From Marsupella aquatica (taxonomy: Eukaryota > Plantae > Marchantiophyta), in contig OZ316895.1 of NCBI GenBank assembly GCA_973895155.1, positions 19,544,803 to 19,608,802 on the forward strand: 64,000 nucleotides of DNA. The letters run 5' to 3'. The translations under genes were made by a program, and so were the position numbers. Under the pieces are notes generated by a model, which saw only the letters and a program-made list of their open reading frames with translations, ran no database searches and had not been told where the DNA came from. Positions 1-12,039 of this stretch are shown here, in pieces; positions within the stretch are counted from its first letter, which is position 1; every line of letters starts with the position of its first letter.

Positions 1-1
1 T

Positions 2-529
2 CGTAGTCGGATTGTTGCCAGTGTTCACCAGGTGAGGTCTTGGATTGGACCTGCTGTGTTATTGGATGTTGCACGTGTGGGTTCTCGTGCACATCGTCCA
101 CACTTGTGGTGGACTAATTTGATCCCATGTGAGGTGCTGAAGCGCGCATTTGACAGCATTCCACGCTCACCCGCCTTAGTGGTGGATGATATTTTGGATC
201 CAGGGCGTCGTGCACAGGGTGTGACCCAACCTGATAGACCTCCATTGGCAATGGTCAATGCAGTTGGGCGCCCACGTTGTGCATTACCCACTCTTGTAAG
301 CCACTTTGCTTCATATGCATTCAGAGTAGGTGGCCCAGGACTTGTGTGGGACACAACTCTCCAACAGTTAGTGGAACCTACTGCTGATGAGAGAGAGCGT
401 GCTATGGGATTTTTGATTGGCACCACTGCAGTTGCCTCTATGTTAGAGGGTTTGCGGCGCCAGGTTCTTGGTCAAGTAATGGACCTGAATTGTTTGACTT
501 GGATTATCAGCTTGGGAGTAGCTGAATAG
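2..529 (+). pseudogene. C-terminal half of a C5 DNA cytosine methyltransferase (DNMT3/DRM-like) inside the retrotransposon pol frame
   Basis: LLDVARVGSRAHRPHLWWTNL resembles DNMT3 motifs VII/VIII (IDAxxVSAAHRARYFWGNL); EPTADERERAMGF resembles motif IX; RRQVLGQVMD resembles motif X. Same frame as the RT N-terminus at 785, separated only by TAG/TGA stops. Confidence 0.8.
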
Positions 530-784
530 TTATGGATGCGCTCTGCTGGAATTACTGATTGTCCCTTGGTGAGCTTGCGGTCCACTAAGATAGTACTGAC
601 CACAGCTGGGGGTGAGCAGATAGTCCATGGACCTATGGCATGATTGGCCAAGGCTGGACAGATTGTTGAGTAGGAAGGGACTACTCAATCTACTGCTAAA
701 TAGCAATCATTGGCTATCTCTTCTACCCTACAAAGAGATATTAGGGATTTGGTGGAGAGTTGGGAACCATAGCTTGGCCCTAAG

Positions 785-2200
785 TTGACAGGGGAGGAGA
801 GACGTCGCATGCATCAATTTCTGAAGAGTTACTGGAATTGTTTTGCATTTAGCATGAAGGATTTGGGGACATTAAAGGATCCTGGTATTCAGATTGAATT
901 GGCTAGTGATGCGCCAATCTTTTGTAGGCCATACCGTTATAGTGACATGGAAAGAGCTCTGATTCAAAGCAGAACTCAAGATTTGTTGGAGGCTGGATTG
1001 GTGGAGATTCATATGGGGAGTATGCATCTGCCACAGTGATGCCAGCCAAGAAAGATGTGCATGGCAATTACACAGATAGGCGCATGTGTGGTGATTACAG
1101 ACCCATTAATCGCCAGACAAAATCTGATAGATATGCCATGCCCACACCTGAGGAGATCTTTGATGTTGTGGGGCATGCAAAGGTTTTCAGTTCATTGGAT
1201 CTGAGGGCAGGGTACCATTAGCTTCCAATTAGGCATGCTGACAGGTCCAAGACAGCATTCTGGGGGATTGCTTCTTATGGCAAAGATCGTTTGTATCAGT
1301 GGTTATTCTTACCATTTGGGTTGAAGAATGCACCAGTTGAGTTCCAGAGAGTCATGGATCGAATCCTTGCAGGTTTGGAATTTGTCAGATGTTATATTGA
1401 TGATATTTTGGTCTATTCTTCTACAGTGGAAGAACATCAGCAACACTTGCAGATTGTGTTGGAGAGATTGAGAGCACATGGGTTGAAGCTCCATCCTAGC
1501 AAGTGTAAGTTCTTCCAAGACCAGATTGAGTATTTGGGCCACACTATATACCCAGGGGGATTGGGTGTACAGCAGACTAAAGTGGAGGCCATTACCCAGA
1601 TTCCTTGTCCTACTGATGTGAGTAGAGTTCGTGCATTCTTGGGATTGGCGAGCTACTACAGGAGGTATGTTAAAGGATTTAGCCAGCTTGCTAAACCTTT
1701 GACCATACTCACTAAGTTGGATCAGGAATGGATTTGGGGTGATGACCAGGAGCATGCCTTCCAGGAGTTGAAGCAAAGGTTGGCATCATCCCTTATTTTG
1801 AGAAGACCCATTTTTGGCAGACCATTTCAGCTACACACTGATTGGAGTGGAGTAGGACTTGGAGCAGTGTTGACTCAGAAGGATGATGAGAGGAATGAGT
1901 TTGTTGTGGCTTATGCCAGTAGATCAAACAATTTCAGTAGAGGCTAAGTATAGCTCTTATGAGGGAGAGTGTTTGGCGCAGTGTGGGCTGTTGCACACTT
2001 TTGTTGCTACTTGTTTGGTAACCCCTTCACCTTGATCACTGATCATCAGCCTCTTAAATGGTTAATGGAGTCTGATAAGCTTATAGGGAAGCTTGCACAA
2101 TGGGCATTGTTGTTACAGGAGTATGGTTTTCAGGTGGTGCATAGGCCTGGAAAAGTGAACTTGGATGCAGATGGATTAAGCCGCAATCCATGTACCAGTC
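785..2200 (+). pseudogene. Reverse transcriptase + RNase H of Gypsy pol (frameshifts and stops)
   Basis: RMCGDYRPIN, LDLRAGYH, LPFGLKNAP, YIDD, FLGLASYYRRYV; RNase H motifs TDWSG, TDHQPL, DADGLSR. Confidence 0.95.
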
Positions 2201-2559
2201 AGCAGGATGAGACTGGAGCCAGATGGCATGATGAGTCAGATAAGGAGATGGTGCCAGGATGGCATGCATCTGCCTTTCTTTGTTGGGTGCCAGCATACAG
2301 AGGATCTGTGGACTCTACCTCATTGGATGGAGTGGATGATGAGTCTTTAGATGTGGATGTTGGTGAGGTAACTTTTGGACAACAAGATATTCACAATGAT
2401 GTGAGAGTGTTGGAATATCTGCGCAGTGGTTCTATTGTTGGCAGTGTTGATGCCAAAGAACGTGACAGGGTTCTACAGAGAGCCAAGAGGTTTCGATGGG
2501 AGGGAAACCATCTTTTAAGAGTACTGCATGATGGTAGGGTGTTGGTGGTACCAAAACCA

Positions 2560-3690
2560 TCACAACGAGTACATTTGGTGTGACATGCACACGAGGAGTT
2601 GGGTCACTTTGGTGTGAAGTGCACTTATAGCTTGCTGCAGACACAGTATTGGTGGCGTGGTATGCACACTCATGCCCAGCAGTTGATAGCTAAGTGTGTG
2701 GTATGTGATAGAGTGAGAGCATCATTTAATGCTCCCACTCCCCAGTTGCACCCGTTACCGATCATGGGTTTGGGATATTGTTGGAGTTTGGATTTTGCTG
2801 GTCCATTACCTCTTACCCAACGTCATAATCGGTATGTTTTGGTCATGGTGGAGCACTTCTCCAAGTGGATTGAGCTAGTGGCATTGCCAGATAAAGCCAG
2901 TGGAGGAGTTGCTGCTACATTTTTGGATCGTGTACTCAGTCATTTTGGAGCACCAGCTGAGGTGTTGACTGATCAGGGAACTGAGTTCCATGGAGAGTTT
3001 GAGAGTTTGTGTGAACAAGCTCTAATTGATCATCGTACTACCTCTCGTGATCATCCTGAGGCAGATGGATTAGCTGAGAGAGTTGTGCAAACTGTGAAGA
3101 GAGGATTGCGTAAGTATAGCTTGCAGGTTGGTCATCTAGGAGATTGGGATCTCCAGCTACCTTGGTTAGCTATGGGCTACCGTTTCAGTTGGCAAGCATC
3201 ACTTGCATCCTTTTCACCTTACTTTTTGCTCTATGGTAGAGAGCCAGATTTGCCAGCAGCTATTCGTCGTGATGCTACACCAGTTGTGAACTTGGATGAT
3301 CATCCTAATGTTTGGGTCAAGGTGTGTTCAGAGAGAGCACGGGTATTTCAAAGAGTGATGCCCATGGCTTTTGACAACCTTGCCATTGCCCAACATTGTG
3401 ATACTTTGAGGTATGTCACTATTCGTGGAGGAGGTTACCGTGCAAGCATTCAACGATTTCATCCTGGTGATTATATTTATTTGCAGCAGACAGCACCCAC
3501 GACACTTGATGTGACCGCAGGCCGAACAATCTTACGTGTGCGTGAAGTGTTGCCTTTTGGTGTCCTGATGTTGGAGGGACGCGATGGTATGGTTTGGAAG
3601 GATCGTGTGCGCAACTGTGTGCCATGTCACCTTCCCAATATTGATGGTACAGTAGATCCAAGCTTGGCACATGTTCGTGCTGGCTTGAAA
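2560..3690 (+). pseudogene. Gypsy integrase (HHCC zinc finger + DDE core)
   Basis: HAHEELGHFG...CVVC; WSLDFAGPL, TDQGTEF, GLAERVVQT; SPYFLLYGREP. Confidence 0.95.
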
Positions 3691-3831
3691 TGTATGTTGT
3701 GTGGATCTGCTCAGGGAGTAGCTACTATGTTGATTTGTGATAAGTGTTCTAGAGGATGGCACATGTCATGTTTGACACCACCATTGCAGGTGATTCCTAG
3801 TGGATCATGGTTGTGTCCTTAGTGTCGGTGA
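3691..3831 (+). pseudogene. PHD finger (C4HC3) fused to the integrase C-terminus
   Basis: CMLC...LICDKC..GWHMSCLTPPL..IPSGSWLCP*C; the last Cys lies just after a TAG (likely CAG>TAG). Confidence 0.9.
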
Positions 3832-4005
3832 CGCCGACTAGTTATCATTTGTGTTCTCTTGGCAGATATGAATTGCAGGTAGGTGATCGATGGGGCTCAC
3901 TTGCACCCGGCCTCCTGATCTTCACACCTAAAAAGGTGTATATCAACCTTGTAGAACTCATGGCTAGCTAGAGTTAGGGGACCTTACTCCCAGCTAGGGG
4001 GCGAT

Positions 4006-4607
4006 TGTGGGTTTTGGACATGTGTGGACATGAGTTCCACTTGTATTCCATTCTCTTGTGTTTGTGGTGTGGCAGTGTGACTATGTTTGGATGTATGTGA
4101 CAAGCGATGTATGTTGTGTAGCGATGTGTATGCGCACGACAGCTATCACACCATTCTAGGTAGTATTAGAGTGTATTGTACTATCTAGATCCGTATGTTT
4201 GGTATGTGTGCTATATGAGCCGATAAGGTTTCATCAGGTTTGTGCAAGAGGGTACTTCTCACTTGTGAGGCATTGAAAGGTCATCTTTCAATGTTGACCC
4301 TTGGAGAGGGGAGCTTGTGTGGTGGCTATGGTGGCTGAGAGCTCTCTCTCTATGTAGCGTGGATTCCTTGAGTGCAAGGTGCGTTGGCTTGACATACATG
4401 TGTGATCGGACCGGACGGGATTGAGTGTGTATTGTTGGCGTCGATCGTTGTGCCGATTGTATTGAGATTATTGTGGGTTTTGGACATGTGTGGACATGAG
4501 TTCCACTTGTATTCCATTCTCTTGTGTTTGTGATGTGGCAGTGTGACTATGTTTGGATGTATGTGACAAGCGATGTATGTTGTGTAGCGATGTATATGTG
4601 CATGACA
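4006..4607 (+). repeat. 3' LTR (602 bp) whose two ends are copies of the same 136-bp sequence (4006-4141 and 4472-4607)
   Basis: Follows the PPT; starts TGTGGG and ends GACA; the two 136-bp units are near-identical. Confidence 0.75.
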
Positions 4608-7221
4608 CCTTGACTATTGGTTTGGTAATAGCCCAAACCCAGGCAGACCATCATCCACCTCAACACCGCTCAGCTTCCCATCTGGAATGTCGGGTCCTAT
4701 GGCACCTCCCCCAGCAACACCGGTGGCCAGTGCAATGCGTAGACCCCATCCTGGGCACCCTCAAGCCACTCCCCACCACCAGCCACACCACCCGCTCTGG
4801 TAGGATCCATGGTGAACGCGATCAATCTAAGCTCGGAGGATGAGGAAGTCCCCCCACCTCTTGTCCGGAAACCGCCAGGGACTCATCAACCCAGGATGGG
4901 TAACGCATTGTCATCCTAACAAGCCCAAACCCGGGAGGTGGCCCCGGTAGACAACACGATGACAGTTGCAGCCCCGACACCAATTCTAACGGTGGTAGCA
5001 CTACCACCGCCAGATAGAGAAGATGGGGAGATGTCCCCCTCCAGGACTCACCCCGAGAAAGAATCTCGGAGTAGGAAGAGGAAGGAGCCGGCTTCAGTAT
5101 CTGGCTTACCCGTGGCCATCGTCGTATTGGCCAAATTGACTATGCATTGCATGGGGGAGAATTCCACAAAAACATTCTTCACCCGAAGCATGCATGTTAC
5201 TTGAAGACCCAAGGGTTTGAACACCTCACCGCACTCCCTTGGAACACTTGCAGGTACTACGGGCAAGATATGATGGAGTTTATCTAGAATTTTGATGAGG
5301 CCCGCCAACAAACCCGTGCACACGGATGGGTAATGTCCTTGACCGAGGGGCGGCTGAAGCTCATCTTTGGTCTACCCAAAGGACATAATCGGGTGGAATC
5401 GCAGACACCAGGGGGCAAGGGAGAAAAGTACCAATCTTCCAACTTCCCGGCCCAGGGTTCGATGGACAACGGCTTCCTGATGAGGACATGCCTCATCCCA
5501 GAGATAGCGGAGTGGCTGGAGTTTCAGAGGTATGCTCTCCACATGATGGAGCCGCAGGGCGAGATATCCGCCGCCCAAGTGATCTAGGTCGAGAACTACC
5601 GGCCTAGGAAGTGGGCTTCTTTCTTCGTCAAGAAGTTCCATGAAGAGATGGAACGACGAAGGAAGACCTTGTACCTCGGGGGAAGGCGTACCTCGCAAGC
5701 CACATCGAGATCACATAGAGTGGTACGCCCGTTTTGATTGACCAACCCTTCCGAGGTGCAACAAGCCCAAACTCACCGCCAGGTGGGTCTTCTTAGCTCA
5801 GGAGAGGCGGCCACAACCCAAAGCCTCAAGTCCAGTGCCTGTGGAGTCCACCCTGACCCCACCCCCAACTTTTGGGGCACCTTCTTCTGTGCCAGACTTG
5901 GCAGTCATTGCAACCTTGGATGCCCAAAACCAAGCCCATGCAATCACAGCCGATCGGGTTGAAGTTGGCCCCAAACCAGAGGCCGTGATCCTAGAGGAAA
6001 CCTTGGTACCCTCCACACCTGTACAAGCGGGTCACCTTTTCCCTTTTGAAGAACCCTCTCCCTCTACCCTTACCACCCCAAGGCTGGACGTAAAAACTCC
6101 GGCCTCTGCCCGAGTCGAGGTCTGTCCCTACCCTAACTCAAGTGGGCACAGCCTGGTAAACCCAAAAATCTTTGCACTAGGCACATATTTGAATGGGTTA
6201 TTGGGCGACTTCTCCCAACAAGTTGGTCGAGATATGGGGGAGTTCATGGTCCGCAAGGTGGCTTACTTCTTCAACCAAGAGCTGGTGGCAGCAATGAAGG
6301 TAGGGGCATGCTCAGGCTGAAGCCGCGCAAAGATTGAGCAGTATCAAGTTGAGGCGACCCAACTATTAGATGAAGCCTCAAACCAAGAAACCGAGCTGCA
6401 ACTCCTCCAACCTCAGCTTGCAACCGCTCTGACCCAGGTCACCGATGCTAAAGCCAAGTTAGCCTTGGCCGTACAAGCCCGAGCCAAAAAGGACGCTCAG
6501 ATCTCACGGCTTTGGACCCAGATTGACAACTTGAAGGGGCAAGCCGTCATCTGGCAGAAGGACGTGGAGGAGGCCGACACTCGGGCCCAGAGGGATGCAA
6601 ACAAGGTGGACGCCTTGAAAGCGAAAGAGGCACGGCTTCTACAAGAAACCACTAAGCAAGACCAACTCATGGCGCAGCTGACGAGCGACGCCCAGTAGTT
6701 GGAAGAGACGTGCCAGGAGGCCGCAAAGGAGACGGACACGGTGAAGCAAGAGAATGAATCTCTCCTGGACCAAGTCAAGATACTCAAGCAGGATGCCGAC
6801 CGGTGAGGAGACAATGGGACGGCTGCTCCAAGTCCAGCTCGGGCGGGTCTGGCAAATGTGCCAGACATTAGCGGCACGACAAGTTTAGAATAGAATAGGT
6901 TTAGCCAGGAAGGTCAGACACTGAGGACATGCGCTGAAACTAGTTAGCGGCGCTGTCCTATCTAACCAACCTTCTTTTAGCATAGAATCTAAGTAGAATA
7001 AGACACGCCATTTTATGGCCTGACAGTTAGCAGAATTTAGGGTAGACTACTTTCGAGCACATGGCCGTTCCAGGCCGTGTCTCTTAGTTAGTATTTAGTG
7101 CACCCCCCGATAGAGGCAAGGGGGAGATTTTAGGTTCAGAACCGGGTATCCACAAGATGTGCGGGGAGTTTCGGCCTTAGTGAATAAAAGAGCACCAAGG
7201 AGTGAGGGTATGACTAATCTC
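4608..7221 (+). mobile_element. Fragment of an ORF-containing LTR-like family (broken TE accessory ORF with a coiled-coil C-terminus)
   Basis: About 6190-7221 aligns by eye with 33440-34460 (RKVAYFFNQELVAA / RKVACFFNQELVAA; LTSDAQ); the LIFGLPKG and WASFF motifs match the ORF at 58712-59212. Confidence 0.7.
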
Positions 7222-10200
7222 GTGGAACTGATGACACTATTTGCGGATGTCTTCAAATGAGTAAAACTGCATACATCATCTTCACAAGTACGATTACAGT
7301 GGCCTACAAGACTCATCTTGAACCATTTGCACTTGAATACCACTTCCTCCAAAGTAGTATGTGCATGGTACTTCACTGTTAGGATCTCCACAATCTTCCC
7401 ATAATGGGCCACGGTGGAGCGAATGAGATTCATGTCTAACATGCTACTCTGGGAATCTTGGGTGAACCAACCCATCACCCCACAATCCTGTGTAGCTGCC
7501 CTCATCTCATCAAGTCGTTCCACACAAAAATGTCTCCCTTTGACCACATGGCAGTCGGAGTTGTGACTATAAGTAGTGGACCATGAACCAAGGTACGAAG
7601 TTTATCTGTCACGTTTGGGTAGTGTAATACACTCTCCCTTGTACCCACCAGGGCATCCACTTCTAACAACTTCTCCTTCATGTATGGGTGAAACTTGGGA
7701 AATAACCATGGGCGTCGACTGTTTTGCTTCTCCTCCTCATAAAATGTTGTCCACTCGACAACCTCGGGTGAGTTATACAACATAAATGTTGTGAGCTGTA
7801 AACGCTCAACTGAGCCTATGAGACGCTCTCCAGATGCCTCAGTGAGTTTATCATCCTCGTAGTTAGCCTCTCGTGCCGCCTCATCTATCCATCCCCTAGG
7901 AGCACTAGGATCTAGTGTGGCAACTATGTTTGTACAGTAAAACATACTCTCTGCTCCAAGATGACACTCTGCAATGCTACCTTCCACCCTAGCGCGATTA
8001 AAGACATATGACTTCATCACCCCCATATAACGCTCTACCCAATACATCCATCGACAATGTACTGGGCCTGCAATTGCAACCTCGCGCACTAAATGTATGA
8101 GGAAATGAACCTGACCATCAAAGAATGAGGGAGGGAGTGCCTTCTCCAACTTGCAGACAACCTCTACTCCAAATATCTCCATAGCAGCAATGTCATCCTC
8201 CTGTACCTCCTTTTGACATACCCATCCTAAGAGCTTACCCAATGACCAAAGGGCATCACGAAGTTCCTCACTACCCAATCCAATAATAGCAACTGGAAGA
8301 ACATGTTCAAGCAACCGATGATAATCATGTGTCTTCAAGAAAGATGGCCATTTTGGAGAATCCTCCCCCCCCAAATGCCTTCCAAAGATTGGTACCATAA
8401 CCTATGGGAAACCTCATCGACCCAATACGTCTGCAAAACTCAATGCGCTCTGCTAGGGGGAGCAGCAGGGGGGTCCAAAGATGGCCAAAAACCCAAAAGA
8501 CCATGCATTCCCATCTCCTCACAACTTTCTCTCCAATTGTTATTTTTCTCCCCATATAGATGGCAAATCAATGATTTCCCCACATTCCCCTCAATGTGCA
8601 TAGGGTCTAACAAGTGATTAATGGGCATATCTGACCAATATGGCAATTGTGACAATGCAGACAAACGGGTCATGCCACATCTGAATAATGGTAATGGATC
8701 ACTCGGATCGTGAACTCTCCCCCATACCTCTCTCCAATATGCTGGATCCTTCCGTTGAGGTTGAGGACAAATATCAGGTTGGCCCTCATCAGTATCATAA
8801 AGGAATGGATCACTCCTCCAAGGATGGTCTGGTGAGGTATGACATGCGTGACAGTAAATAGGAAACAGGTTTACTGGTACCAGTAAAAATTTATTGTTAC
8901 CAGAAAAATGACAATGTAAAAATATTTCCTAAAAAATCACATTTCTCAAAAAAAAAATTGTCGACAACTTTTTTTGGCTAGCATTACCAGCGTCGGGCGC
9001 TAGCAAAAAAAAAATGGCAAAAAAAAAAAAACTTTTTTTTTTCAAAAACAAAAATTCCAAAAACAAATTCCAAAAAATTCAAAAAAAATTACCACTCATT
9101 TTCCTGTTACCAGTTTCTGTTTCCTGTTACTGTTTGTTGTTTCCTATCGTTTGTAAATACTTCGTCTGGTGGAAGATATTTAGTATGACCAATGTAAACA
9201 ATTTTTTGCGGAGTACTTGACTTGGGCCTGGCCACCCCCTCCAAATCGGGTCCACATGTAGAGCAAGCTCGATAGCCTGATGTTTGCAATACAAAAACAT
9301 ATCCAAACCCTGCCCAGTGCATAGAAAACACATTCATAAAATAAAGTTCATCAAGGCAAAAATCTACATAATTGCAATTAAATGCAAGGTTTAGGTACTA
9401 GAGGAAATAAGGGTTTACCATACCTGGTAAATCATGCATGGTCCACATAAGGATGGCCTTTAGAGTAAATGCGCGGGATAAACCTCCTGTGTTGTGATGT
9501 CCATCATAACAATCCACTCCTCTCCATAGTTGTATCAACTCATCAATCAATGGCTGCAAGTACACATCAATCTTTTTAACCTGCTTAGGACCCGAAATAA
9601 TCATGGAGAGTAGTAGGTGACCTTTCTTCATGGCCATCCAAGGAGGGATGTTGTAGTTTGTCAACACTACTGGCCACACCGAATATGGTTTGGCTTTTCC
9701 TGCCAATGCAAAAGGGCTGATACTGTCTGCCGCCAAGCCTAGTCGAACATGTCGTGGGTCAATTTTGAACTCTCCCCATCTATCCTCTACAAATCAATTG
9801 GCAGGAGAGTCAACCATCATTCGCATGGCACTAGAGGGTACAGCCATATCAGAACAATTTTGTGAGTGCCATACCATCATCTCAGCCAACTCTGCACATC
9901 GGAATTGATGTTGCAATCGAGGGATAAGAGGAAAGTACCTCATAACCTTTTGCGGTACCTTCCCCGTCAACATGTCATCACGTTAACGTGGCTTCTGACA
10001 TTTAGGACATGTAGTGGCATTTTCATGCTCACCCCTAAAAAGAATGCAAGATCATCCACACATGCATGTATCACCTCATACTTCAGGCCAATGGACCTTA
10101 ACACCTGTTTAGCCTCTTTCCAAGAGGCTTGCATTGCGTTGCCTACTGGCAAAATATGATCATGCAAGGTACGGAAAACATCATCCAAAAGTAGATTGTT

Positions 10201-10593
10201 TGCCCCATGTCTTTGCTGCAAGTTGAGCAACAACATTATTGATGAGAGCCGAGATAACCTACTCCCCTCGAATATGCGAGTACGGGCATGACGTTGCGCC
10301 TCCTCCCATTCCTTGTCTTGGGACCCCCTAGAAGGATGTGGATGACTAGTCCTTTCATGGGTTGAACCAATGTCCTCCAAACCAATGTCATCATGATCAT
10401 CATAGAATTGGTCCATGAGCTCATCCATGGCCCTCTCCTCATCAAGATGGTCTTGGATAGGATCATCACCATCATGTCGTACCCCATCCTCTTGCCTTTG
10501 CGGTTCATGCCCACGGTTGGCCACCATGGCCTCAACAAGGTGTTGTCGCATAGCTCGTGATATTACCCCAATATCAGGCGTTACATATTTATT
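7222..10593 (-). pseudogene. CACTA TnpD/Tnp2 transposase, copy A (Transposase_21, DUF4218- and DUF4216-like regions); frameshifted, MITE-interrupted, 3' truncated
   Basis: LSSIMLLL..., EVIHAC, ADSISPF, YSVWPV...NIPPW, IDVYLQPLIDEL, HDLPG, DPMHIEGNV, LKTHDYH, PPSFFDGQVH, WMYWVER, VFKCKWF; intron 9310-9423 (GT-AG). Confidence 0.93.
8834..9163. mobile_element. MITE (about 330 bp) inserted in TnpD copy A
   Basis: Flanking direct repeat GTCTGGT(G) at 8827 and 9164; imperfect long TIRs (GAGGTATGACA..ACAGTAAATAGGAAACAG / reverse complement GAAGTATTTACA..ACAGTAACAGGAAACAG); removing it restores KYLPPDHPWRSD. Confidence 0.85.
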
Positions 10594-10714
10594 CTATCAT
10601 ACAACATCAATTAATTAATCTCATCAACACATGCACTGCTGAACAACATCATTCTCATGTAAACATGTAAAATAAACTGACATATATATACATGTATGTA
10701 AGTCCAAGAAACTA

Positions 10715-12039
10715 TCATGGACGACAACGCAAGGACAATTTTGGTGCATCCCACTCATACTCACACAATAACTCCTCACCAACTCTAATGGTCCTAACAG
10801 CTACTGTCATGATATGGTCGTCCATATGTTTCACAAAATATGGATGTCTAGGTGGACCAAACATTTGAATCCACTCTACATTAGCCTCCAAACCTCTATC
10901 TCTACCTGTGGTACTATTGATGTACCCTGCTAAATTACCGTTCCGAATAGGGTCACCATCAATCATTCGGCAATGCCACGGCCTAGTGAAGACCTCATCC
11001 GGATCTGAGTCCATCCTCAATGCATACACCCCCCAACTTGGGTGTTGACGCAACAAAATATTCCAACTCTTGGAGTTATGTACAGCCCCAATGTAAGGAA
11101 AGAGGTGCTGAGCTCCATCATAACCACGTCTCCATGGTTTTGGAGGGACCACAATATCCTCCAAAGCAAAAGACCATATCCTATATCAGGACCAATAGAG
11201 GATGCCTTCACTGTCCAAGGGCGACCCCATATCTGAACTGGTTCATCTGTAGGAATAAAATCTGGAAATTTGAAGAGACTTGGAGAAAAGTCCTTCAAAA
11301 CTTTGGCAGCCCTACTAGTGAGATAGGATAGTCCAAACTTGCCCTCAACGCAAATATAATCTACGTTGCCGGCTGGTCGATCACTAGTACCTAACACCTC
11401 CTCTTGGCTGTCCACCTGGTCTAGTGGTCCATACTGCCGTCTATGTCTACGAGATCGTGGTTGTGTACGTAGGACCCTAGTAGTCACAACCTCGGGCCGA
11501 GAGACCAGTTCCCCCTCTACATGCTCATGTGTGGGCATGGGAGTGGGGATAGGAGCGGGTGGGCTAAGAGGCATCTGGGCAGGAGGAACTGCAAGCAACT
11601 CCCTGGCCTTTGCTAGAAACCCTTCCAACCACACAGCTTCAGGAACCAAAGGAGGTGGGGGCCTATGAGGCACCTATTTCAACACACGTACAATGGTTTT
11701 ACACAAATCAATAAATTAAGTAGTGGGATGTAAATGCAAGATAATTAAGCAATACCCTAAATTGGAATGCATATATGGAATGAATAGGGGACATAAACAT
11801 ATCTGTACCTGGCTAGGCAAATACCCTAGCATATCACCCTCGTGGCGGCCATAGTTCTCGATGTGCTCACAAGTCTCCCACGCATGTCAAACCACAAGTC
11901 CCTTACATCTCACACACCAGCAAGGTATGGGTCCTAGTGGAGCACGAGGATGATTTGGAGGAAGGGGTGGAGGAACCTCCCCCTTAGACGAGCTCGTGTC
12001 TGAGTCTGAATCTAACGTGGAACTATCAGAAGTAGACAT
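10715..12039 (-). pseudogene. SET-domain protein gene, copy A (exon 1 11809-12039 with a CxCxxC..H motif; exon 2 10715-11673 with SET); one internal stop and one frameshift
   Basis: GYGL(F)ALEDI, YIG, GNLAGYINST, ANVEW, VAVRTIRVGEELLCEY; GT-AG intron 11674-11808; 1-nt loss near 11168. Confidence 0.85.

Larger units (their letters stand above)
1..4607 (+). mobile_element. Ty3/Gypsy LTR retrotransposon, degenerate, 5' part outside the window; domain order DNMT-RT-RNaseH-IN-PHD, then PPT and 3' LTR
   Basis: RT-RH-IN order of Gypsy pol; purine-rich tract AGCTAGGGGGCGAT (about 3992-4005) followed by a TG...CA LTR at 4006-4607. Confidence 0.93.

Noticed and set aside
7095-7221. C-terminal extensions of ORFs 7095-7547 and 15549-15980
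   Set aside because: Chance read-through across the breakpoints at 7222 and 15655; the tails come from unrelated sequence.
9014-9220. Lys/Phe-rich ORF MAKKKKLFFF...
   Set aside because: Translation of the MITE's poly-A/T tracts.
10715-10730. Direct SET-transposase fusion protein (SETMAR-like)
   Set aside because: The SET frame ends in TGA TAG, followed by about 120 bp of AT-rich sequence, and I saw no convincing donor before the stop. Separate or alternatively spliced products fit better.
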